Shown in pieces: positions 27,640 to 36,500 of a DNA stretch of 41,651 nucleotides; the stretch's first letter is position 1, and every line of letters starts with the position of its first letter. The position numbers and the translations under genes were made by a program. This DNA is from Bacilli bacterium (GTDB lineage Bacteria > Bacillota_I > Bacilli_A > RFN20 > CAG-826), in the NCBI GenBank assembly GCA_024683495.1, contig JAIKYF010000021.1:1-41651 (forward strand). Reading direction: 5' to 3'. The notes beneath the pieces are model-generated. The model was not told the origin of the DNA. It worked only from the letters and a program-made list of their open reading frames with translations, and did not search any database.

Positions 27640-28947
27640 ATGAAAGCCTTAATTCAAGCCGGAGGAGCCGGGACTAGACTTCGTTCCATCACCGGGGATA
27701 ACCTTCCAAAGCCGATGGTCCCAATCAACGGGAAACCCATCCTCCAATATCAAATCGAAAACTTATTAGAAAATGGTGTCGCTGAGATCACCATCGTCAT
27801 TTCCAAAAACGGCCAACCAATCGTCGATTATTTTGGCGATGGCTCAAAATTCCGTGCAAAAATTGACTATATTGAAGAAAATGAGCCATTAGGAACCGCC
27901 GGGGCGCTTGGCTATTTTGCTAAAAAATGCCACGAGGATTTCTTGCTTCTTTTCGGCGACTTGATGGTTGATATCGATTGGCATAGGTTCATAAATTACC
28001 ATAACGAAAAGAAATCTGGATTGACCGCCTTCGTTCATCCAAACGCCCACCCCTTCGATTCTGATTTGCTCGTTGCTGATCCAACTGGCAAAATCCTCAA
28101 AATCGATTCGAAAAATAACGTTCGTGACTATTTCTATAAGAATGTCACCAATGCTGGCCTCTATGTCGTCGGCGAAGAAGTCCTCGATTATATCGGAGAA
28201 CCTCATAAGTCCGATTTCGAAAAAGAGGTTCTTAAGCACTTTATCGAAATCGGAAAGGCATACGCCTATTCTTCTTCTGAATACGTCAAAGACTGCGGCA
28301 CCCCCGATCGTTATGAATCGGTCGGGAAAGATGAAAGAGAAGGAACCGTCAAAGCCAAGAATCTCTCTCACAAACAAAAAGCCATCTTCTTAGATAGAGA
28401 TGGGACGATCAATGTTTTCAATGAATTCGTCAATAACCCCGATAAATTCGTTCTTCAAGAAGATGCCGCCGAGGCGATAAAACTGATTAACGCCTCCAGT
28501 TATCTTGCTATCTGCGTCACCAATCAGCCCGTTATCGCTAGAGGTGAGGCATCTTTTGAGACAGTCGGGGAAATTCACGATAAAATGGAGACTCTCCTTG
28601 GAAAAGGAGGGAGCTATCTAAATGGCATCTACTTCTGCCCTCATCATCCGGACAAAGGTTTCCCTGGCGAAAGACCAGAACTGAAGTTCGACTGCGATTG
28701 CAGAAAGCCCAAGATTGGCATGTTGCTTCAAGCCGCTAGAGAACACAATATCGATTTATCATCCTCTTGGATGGTCGGAGACACCAAAATGGATGTCCAA
28801 ACCGGCATCAACGCTGGATGCAAGACGATTCTTCTCACCTGTGGGGATCATCGTCCTCTCCCTAAATACGATAATGCTCAGCCGACTTTGACTTGCTCAA
28901 GCCTCTTAGAAGCCATCAAAACGATTCTCGAAATAGAAAGGAAATAG
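27640..28947 (+). CDS. Fused nucleotidyltransferase (HddC-like) and heptose-bisphosphate phosphatase (GmhB, HAD-IIIA)
   Basis: N-terminal 'AGGAGTRL...PKPMV' and 'EPLGTAG'. C-terminal 'FLDRDGTIN', 'TNQ', 'CPHHP..CDCRKP', 'MVGD'. Confidence 0.9.
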   Translation: MKALIQAGGAGTRLRSITGDNLPKPMVPINGKPILQYQIENLLENGVAEITIVISKNGQPIVDYFGDGSKFRAKIDYIEENEPLGTAGALGYFAKKCHEDFLLLFGDLMVDIDWHRFINYHNEKKSGLTAFVHPNAHPFDSDLLVADPTGKILKIDSKNNVRDYFYKNVTNAGLYVVGEEVLDYIGEPHKSDFEKEVLKHFIEIGKAYAYSSSEYVKDCGTPDRYESVGKDEREGTVKAKNLSHKQKAIFLDRDGTINVFNEFVNNPDKFVLQEDAAEAIKLINASSYLAICVTNQPVIARGEASFETVGEIHDKMETLLGKGGSYLNGIYFCPHHPDKGFPGERPELKFDCDCRKPKIGMLLQAAREHNIDLSSSWMVGDTKMDVQTGINAGCKTILLTCGDHRPLPKYDNAQPTLTCSSLLEAIKTILEIERK

Positions 28948-28950
28948 CCT

Positions 28951-29565
28951 ATGGAAGAAATTGATTTCGTCAAATCCATCGAGGAATATTACGAAAAAGA
29001 GATGGAAGTTGTCCGCTCTTTGAATAAAGAGGAACTCAACGCCGCGATGAATTGCATTATGCGTCATTATGAAGCCGGCACCAATATCTATGTCCTCGGA
29101 AATGGAGGCTCCTCCGCCACCGCTAGCCATATGGTTTGCGATTTTAATAAAGGTATATGCGGAGAATTGGAAAAGAAATTCCGCGTCATCTGCCTTAATG
29201 ACAACATCCCGATGCTCATGGCGGTCGGAAATGATATCTCCTTCGAAAACGTTTTCTATGAGCAGATGGTTGGAAGAATCAATAAAGATGAATTGGTCAT
29301 TGCCATCTCCGGTTCTGGAAATTCCCATAACGTCATCAAGGCCGTCAACTATGCAAAAGAAGTCGGCTGCGAGATCATCGGAATGACTGGCTATGCCGGA
29401 GGAAAGCTCATGGGTTTATCCGACTATAAGATGCATGTCCCCGTCGATGATATGCAAATCGTCGAAGATATCCATATGAGTTTCGACCATATGATTATGA
29501 AAATCTTCTGGCGTTACCTGATGGCCAAGGAGGGTAAGGAAGCCATCTATAAAATCAATCAATAA
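28951..29565 (+). CDS. gmhA: Phosphoheptose isomerase (SIS domain)
   Basis: 'GNGGSSATASH', 'ND', 'ISGSGNS.NV', 'EDIH'. Confidence 0.88.
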   Translation: MEEIDFVKSIEEYYEKEMEVVRSLNKEELNAAMNCIMRHYEAGTNIYVLGNGGSSATASHMVCDFNKGICGELEKKFRVICLNDNIPMLMAVGNDISFENVFYEQMVGRINKDELVIAISGSGNSHNVIKAVNYAKEVGCEIIGMTGYAGGKLMGLSDYKMHVPVDDMQIVEDIHMSFDHMIMKIFWRYLMAKEGKEAIYKINQ

Positions 29566-29574
29566 GCCTCAAAC

Positions 29575-29610
29575 AAAAAATGCCTCGAGTCAGTGATTCG
29601 AGGCATTTTC
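29575..29610. terminator. Bidirectional terminator between convergent genes
   Basis: AAAATGCCTCGAGTC-AGT-GATTCGAGGCATTTT. Confidence 0.8.
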
Positions 29611-29625
29611 TATTGCAAAACCGCA

Positions 29626-30522
29626 CTATTTTAAATCTTTGAGCCAGATTTTCAATCCTTCTAAAGCGTATTTTGACCAACTGTCTTCATGATGAGGAAG
29701 GGCAGTATCTATATCGAAGTGAATCAAGTCTTTATAGCCAATCTTACACATGTGGTTATAAAGCCAGATATTACCTTTGGTGAAACTCTTCTCAAAATCC
29801 TTTCCGCCGACGAACATCGCCATTTTCCTTTTCTCATCAGGAGAGGCGCCCCACTCCTTGATGAGTTTCTTCCACTTCCACTTATGATAGAAGAAGGTGG
29901 GTATCGAATAGGCTAGAGAGAATCCAAAATAAGAGTCGTAGGCATTGTAGGCATAAAAGGCCATGATGCCACCCATCGATGAACCGCCGATGCCAGTATG
30001 CTCGCGGTCTGGATTCGTATTAAAAGTCTTATCTATCTCAGGTTTTAATGTCTTGACAATATAATCGATGAACCTATCCCCATGGGGTTTGTCGATGAAC
30101 TTCTTGAATCTCCATCTCACTTTATATGGAGGATTTAGCTCATTGGAACGTTCCTTATCATCATCTTTTGGGCATGGAATACCCACTAAAATAACAGGAG
30201 GGTATCCTTCTTCCATCAATTGATGGATGACGCGATCTAAATGCCAATCGCCATATTTGGTGAATCTCTTATCGACGAGATTCTGACCATCGGACATATA
30301 GATAACGGGGTATCTTTTGGTTTTATCTCTTTGATTGTAAGTGGGAGGAAGCCAAACCCGGATATCTCTTTTTTCATTAGAAAAAGGAAGCGAAGCTCTC
30401 TTATGAAGATGATGACCATACTTCATCGTTGATTTTGGATCAGGGTAGTGTTCTTTGAATTCTCCAATTTTGAGCAAAGATACCTTATCTTGGGTTTTGG
30501 TTTTTCCTTTGTTTTTCTTCAT
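29626..30522 (-). CDS. Alpha/beta hydrolase, putative esterase
   Basis: 'VWLPPTY', 'YPVIYMSDGQN', nucleophile GSSMGG, 'HHEDSW'. Start could be 30558. Confidence 0.88.
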   Translation of the reverse strand: MKKNKGKTKTQDKVSLLKIGEFKEHYPDPKSTMKYGHHLHKRASLPFSNEKRDIRVWLPPTYNQRDKTKRYPVIYMSDGQNLVDKRFTKYGDWHLDRVIHQLMEEGYPPVILVGIPCPKDDDKERSNELNPPYKVRWRFKKFIDKPHGDRFIDYIVKTLKPEIDKTFNTNPDREHTGIGGSSMGGIMAFYAYNAYDSYFGFSLAYSIPTFFYHKWKWKKLIKEWGASPDEKRKMAMFVGGKDFEKSFTKGNIWLYNHMCKIGYKDLIHFDIDTALPHHEDSWSKYALEGLKIWLKDLK

Positions 30523-30716
30523 ATCCCTAATTGTAAACTCTAGAGCCTCCTCTCGCATTTAAAAAATGGCAATTTTTGAAAAACCCTAGCAAACCCCCAT
30601 TATTTTGTTTTAAATCGATTTTTAAGTTATGTTTCTTCTTTTAAGAAGAATGAGTACGTGATATATTTACTCCGTCAGGGCATAATGCCCCTAAGTTTGT
30701 CATTAAGGAGGACAAC

Positions 30717-33371
30717 ATGGCAGAAAAACAATACGTTTTCTCCTTCAAGGAAGCCCATGAAATGAAATTGGGCAAGGACATCCTTGGTGGAAAAGGCGCA
30801 GGTCTCGCTGAGATGACCGCCGCTGGAATCAGAATTCCTTACGGCTTCACCATCTCCACCGAAGCTTGCACACTCTACTACGAATCCGGAAAGCAAATCC
30901 CAGATTTCGTGTGGAACCAAATCGTCGACCATCTTCATGAGGTCGAAAAATTAAACGACAAAGAATTTGGCGGTACCGAAAAGACCCCATTACTCGTCTC
31001 CGTCCGTTCCGGCGCTCGTCAATCCATGCCAGGTATGATGGATACCATCCTCAACCTTGGTTTGAATGATGAAACCGTTGAAACCCTCGCCAGAGTCAGC
31101 GGCAAAGAAAGATTCGCTTATGACTCCTATCGTCGTTTCATCTTGATGTTCACCAACATCGCCAAAGGCCATCCAAGAACTGAGATGGACCGTATGCTCG
31201 ACGAACTCAAGGAATCGAGAGGCTACAAGCTCGATACCGAAGTCACCACCGAAGAACTTAAAGTTCTCGTTGGCAAGTACAAGGACTACTACAAGAAAGT
31301 GTTCGGCGAAGAATTCCCAGCCGATCCATATGTCCAGTTAAAAGAAGCGGTCGCTGCCGTCTTCCGTAGCTGGGACAACCCACGTGCGAACGTTTATCGT
31401 CAGATGAACGGCATCCCATATGAATGGGGAACCGCCGTCAACGTTCAATCCATGGTCTTCGGTAACCTCAACTCCAACTCTGGTACTGGTGTTGCCTTCT
31501 CCCGTAACCCATCCACCGGTGAAAAAGGCATCTACGCCGAATTCCTTCAAGAAGCTCAGGGTGAAGACGTCGTTGCTGGCGTTCGTACCCCAATGCACAT
31601 CGATGAGTTGAAGAAACTCATGCCTGAAGTCTATGAAGAATTCACCAAGACCATTAAGAACATGGAACACTACTTCCGTGATATGCAGGATATGGAATAC
31701 ACCGTCGAAAACGGCGAACTCTACTTCCTCCAGACCCGTAATGGTAAGAGAACCGCTCGTGCGGCCCTCAAGATCGCTTGCGATTTAGTCGACGAAGGAC
31801 TCATCGACGAAGAAGAAGCTACTTTGAGAGTTGAGCCAAAGCAATTAAATGACTTGCTCCACCCAACCTTCGATCCAGCCGAACTTAAGAAACACACTCC
31901 AGTTCTCACTGGCCTCCCCGCTTCACCAGGCGCTGGCACCGGACATCTCGTCTTCACCGCCGAAGAAGCCAAAGAACAACATGATAAGGGAATCAAAGTC
32001 GTCCTTTGCCGTGCTGAAACCTCCCCAGAAGATATCATCGGTATGGTCAATGCCGAAGCTATCATCACTGCCCGTGGTGGCATGACCTCCCACGCTGCTG
32101 TCGTTGCCCGTTCCATGGGTAAGTGCTGCACCGCCGGTTGTACCGCTGCCATCATCAATGAAGAAGCCAAGACCATGACCATTGGTGATAAAGTTTATAA
32201 AGAAGGCGATGTCGTCTCCGTCGACGGCAACACCGGTAACGTCTATGATGGCGCCATCAAGATGATCGAAGCCGACCTCGGTGGTGACTTCGGCAGAATG
32301 ATGGAGTGGGCCGATAAGTATCGTACCCTCAAGATCCGCGCCAACTGCAACACCCCACTCGATGCTGAAAATGCTCGTAAGTTCGGTGCCGAAGGCATCG
32401 GTCTCTGCCGTACCGAACGTATGTTCTTCGCTGACGATCGTATCTTGAATATGCGTTCCATGATTCTCTCTGACACCCCAGAACAAAGAGAAGCTGCTTT
32501 AGAGAAGATCCGTCCATTCTTGGCCGGTGACTTCTACGCCATGTATATGGCCAACCCAGATTCCTTGGTTAACATCCGTTTACTCGATCCACCTCTCCAT
32601 GAGTTCTTACCAGAAATTCACGAAGACGAAAAGATCGCTGGTATTGCCAAGAACCTCGGTATCTCCGAACAAAAAGTTCGTGACAGAATTGACCAACTCC
32701 ACCAGGCCAACCCAATGATGGGCTTCCGTGGCGTCCGTCTCTGCGTCGCTTACCCAGAAATCTATGCCACCCTCGCTCGTGCCATCATCGAAGCTGCCGT
32801 CAAGGCTAGCAAAGAACTCGGCCACGATGTCGAACCAGAAATCATGATTCCTCTCGCTGGCGAAGTCAAAGAGCTCAAGTGGGCCAAGAACGTCGTCATC
32901 AAAGCGGTTGAAGATGAAATGGCCAAGGAAGGCAAGAAACTCCACTACCACGTCGGTACCATGATTGAAATCCCGAGAGGCGCTCTCCGTGCTGGGGACC
33001 TCGCCAAAGAAGCTGAATTCTTCTCCTTCGGTACTAACGACCTCACCCAGCTCACCATGGGCTTCTCCCGTGATGACTCTGGCCAATTCTTGCCATACTA
33101 CTACGACAAGAAGATCTACGAATTCGATCCATTCCAAACCATCGATAAAGAAGGTGTTGGCGAACTCGTCAAGATCGCGGTTGAACGTGGACGTGCCGTC
33201 CGCCCAGAACTCCTCATTGGTGTTTGCGGCGAAACCGGTGGCGACCCAGCCTCCATTGAATTCTACAATGAAGTTGGCCTCGACTACGTCTCCTGCTCTC
33301 CATTCCGTGTCCCTCTCGCTAGATTAGCTGCTGCTCAAGCCGCCATCAAAGCCAAGAGAGCCAAGAAATAA
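30717..33371 (+). CDS. ppdK: Pyruvate, phosphate dikinase
   Basis: 'LGGKGAGLAEM', 'SVRSGA..SMPGMMDT', 'GGMTSHAAVVAR', 'FSFGTNDLTQ', 'GVCGE'. Confidence 0.98.
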   Translation: MAEKQYVFSFKEAHEMKLGKDILGGKGAGLAEMTAAGIRIPYGFTISTEACTLYYESGKQIPDFVWNQIVDHLHEVEKLNDKEFGGTEKTPLLVSVRSGARQSMPGMMDTILNLGLNDETVETLARVSGKERFAYDSYRRFILMFTNIAKGHPRTEMDRMLDELKESRGYKLDTEVTTEELKVLVGKYKDYYKKVFGEEFPADPYVQLKEAVAAVFRSWDNPRANVYRQMNGIPYEWGTAVNVQSMVFGNLNSNSGTGVAFSRNPSTGEKGIYAEFLQEAQGEDVVAGVRTPMHIDELKKLMPEVYEEFTKTIKNMEHYFRDMQDMEYTVENGELYFLQTRNGKRTARAALKIACDLVDEGLIDEEEATLRVEPKQLNDLLHPTFDPAELKKHTPVLTGLPASPGAGTGHLVFTAEEAKEQHDKGIKVVLCRAETSPEDIIGMVNAEAIITARGGMTSHAAVVARSMGKCCTAGCTAAIINEEAKTMTIGDKVYKEGDVVSVDGNTGNVYDGAIKMIEADLGGDFGRMMEWADKYRTLKIRANCNTPLDAENARKFGAEGIGLCRTERMFFADDRILNMRSMILSDTPEQREAALEKIRPFLAGDFYAMYMANPDSLVNIRLLDPPLHEFLPEIHEDEKIAGIAKNLGISEQKVRDRIDQLHQANPMMGFRGVRLCVAYPEIYATLARAIIEAAVKASKELGHDVEPEIMIPLAGEVKELKWAKNVVIKAVEDEMAKEGKKLHYHVGTMIEIPRGALRAGDLAKEAEFFSFGTNDLTQLTMGFSRDDSGQFLPYYYDKKIYEFDPFQTIDKEGVGELVKIAVERGRAVRPELLIGVCGETGGDPASIEFYNEVGLDYVSCSPFRVPLARLAAAQAAIKAKRAKK

Positions 33372-33391
33372 ATAACTTAATTTAAGTTATT

Positions 33392-33418
33392 GAGGCATCC
33401 TTAGGGGTGCCTCTTTTC
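33392..33418 (+). terminator. Terminator after ppdK
   Basis: GAGGCATCC-TTAG-GGGTGCCTC-TTTT. Confidence 0.8.
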
Positions 33419-33523
33419 TATTTCTTTGGCATAATATAAAGGTGCGTTTCAAAGGGTAACCTCTTTACAAGCAAATAGATATTGGTCTTTACTTATATCT
33501 AACGAAAGGAACAGGCGAAGGAA

Positions 33524-36500
33524 ATGGGGATTAAGATTTTCTATGATGTCGACACCTATTTTTCTTTCGTGAATTTTTTCCTCGGGGCGAAATTCCTTTC
33601 CTTATCTCAGAATAAGAAAATCAATCCCTTCGCCTTCATCAATTCCTTATCAATTGAGAATGATTCGGATGATGAAATAATCGATGTTCAGATAAGGGTG
33701 GATTTCGATGAGCCATCCATCCAAATCAGCCCAATAAAAGTACCTTATTTCGCCCCTCACGATATCATCTCCCCTACCCTTGAAATGAATGTCGATTATG
33801 CTGAATTTTCAAAAATCACACGCAATTCTCAATCGAAATTAGCGGTCTCCGTGGTTGATGGAGATGGGAACATCCTTGGAAAGGAAGATATTAGTTTCAC
33901 CTTGTGTTCCGTCGAAGGAAGCTTCGATAGAATTATCGATAAAACCATCTTAGCTTCATTCTCGATTCCATCTGACGAAGACGTTAAGGCCTATTTGGCT
34001 GGGGCGGCTGGCATGCTATATGAAGTTATCGGTGAGGAAGAAGATGAATTAGGTGGCTATCTTTATAACGACAAAGAAAGAGTGAAAGAAGAAGTGAAAG
34101 CTATCTATCTTTTACTAAAGAATCATCGAATTTCCCGTCAAATCCCACCTGATTTATTATCTAGAGTCCGTTTGCCTCACTCGATATCAATGGAAGGAGA
34201 GGCTTCCTCTATAGATATTGCCCTTCTATTCTCATCAATTATTGAAGCGGACGACTTACATCCATTGCTGATCATTCTTGAAGATAAGACTCCTTTAGTG
34301 GGGGTTTGGCTGAATGCGAGTGGTGCCACATCCCAAATCGAAGACCTAAGCGATTTATTAGACGTCGAAATCCAAAAGGATGGGAACATTTTTATATTCG
34401 ATCCAAGCGGAGTTTTTCCGGAATCATCCGTCTCTTTTGAAGATGCAAACGAATTAGCCAAAAAGAAACTGAAGGATGTGGGTTTAGATTACTTCCTTGA
34501 TATTAACATCTGTCACCAAGAAGGAATCGCCTCCCTTGATATTGATTCAATCAAGAAGGCCGATAAGGCTGTAAACAATAATCTTCCCGACCTAGAAAAT
34601 GGGCCAAAGGAGAAAGATAAGTTCTCCCTATGGGAAGAAAAACTCTTGGATTTGGATATGAGGAATAACCTCATAAATTACCGTTTAGGCGGGAATTGCC
34701 TGCAATTTTTGTTTAAAGACAGTTCTTCATTCCATTATGGGATATCAAGCGGAACAAATTTTTCCATCGAGACTCTTCAATCTCAAGTCATTCATGGAGG
34801 AGACTTCTTGGCTAATCGCGACTATTCCTCTTTGATCGGCGATTCCGAAAAGCGTCTAGCAAGCCGGACCCTCACAGCGATCAGCGCCAACGGGAAAAGC
34901 GAAGACAACATCATCAATCTTGCTAGAAAGATCAACACCGAAATAGAAGAAAGCGGCGTTAACCCCTGCTTCTTGACTATTGGTTTAATCAAATGGTTTC
35001 CGAACGAGAAAGCCGCCAAGAAGAAAAGAGGAGCGTGTTATGCCCCAATCATCCTCATGCCTGTATCAATTCCCCGTCATAAACAAGGGAACAAATATAA
35101 AATCGAAATCGATGCAGACCAAATTCAGTTCAACACAACATTCATCGAATATCTAAATCAAGAATTCCATCTCGATATCTCTAAATACGCCAATCCAGAT
35201 TTAATCAGCGCCTTAGGTATCAAGGGTGTTTTTGCGATGTACCGCAAGGAGATATCTATTTTTGAAAATTGGGAAATCATTGATAATTTCTCTTCTTTGG
35301 GCCATTTCTCCTTTGCCCACTATGTTATGTGGTCGGATATGAAGAATAATCATGATTTGTTCCTTAAAAACCCCATCATTTCCGCGTTGGTTAATAAAGA
35401 AACGTTCGTAACTGATGATTCTATTAACGTGGATTTGAGCGAGACCAAACTAGAAGATGTCGCAATTCCTCTTGATATCGATTCATCGCAGCTTAAGGCA
35501 GTAATCGCTTCCGAGAAAGGGGAATCTTTCGTTCTCGACGGCCCTCCAGGCACGGGAAAGAGCCAAACTATCGCTAACATGATCGTCAATTTCCTCTATC
35601 ACAAAAAGAAAGTCCTTTTCGTTGCCCAAAAGGAAGTTGCTTTAGATATCGTCAAAAGCAAACTTGAAGAGATTGGCTTAGGAGTCTTCTGCTTACAGGT
35701 GGCTTCAGCCAAAGCCAATAAAGGCGATGTCCTTCGCCAAGTCGGCAGAGCAAAAGAGTTCGGGACCGTCAAAGAATACTCCAAACTAAAAGATCTATCT
35801 AAGAATGTTTCCGATAAAACCTCGAATATTAATAAGAATCTCGAGATACTTCATAAAGAGAACTATTGTTTTTCCCTCTATGCCGCCATCTATAAATATT
35901 TGAGCACTGAGTCATATCATTCCTCCCTATCATTCGAAAAGAAATATATCAACACCTTAACCAAAGAAAAATATGAGCAGGCTATTCTATATTTAGAACG
36001 GTTAATTCCGGCCTATACAAATGCCGGCGGCTATAAAGATAACATCTTTGCCCCATTCACCTATGATTCATATGGCTTTGGGATTAAGGATGAGATGTTT
36101 GCCCAAATCGACTCCTTAAGAAGATCTCTGAAAGAACTAAGAAATCAAATAAACCAAATAAACAAATTTACCAATCTGCCAATTGATTTTGGGAAGGAAG
36201 GGTTGGTCAGTTTGGATAGGATTGCTTTAAAAATACCTGACAAATCCCGCTTAGATTATGATTTTCTTAGAAATGAGGAAGCCTTCAAAAACTATAATAT
36301 ATTGATGACCTTCCTTGAAAAATCCATCAAGATTGCGGAATTTAGGGAATCGACATTTTCAAGAATAAGCATCGATTGCTTGGATGATTATGAAATCGAT
36401 ACCATCACCCATCGTTGCACTTTGGCAGATGGTAAAATAGACAATATTTTCGTAAGGCTCAAAACGAGGGCCCTAGCCAAAAAATTCATTAAACGATATA

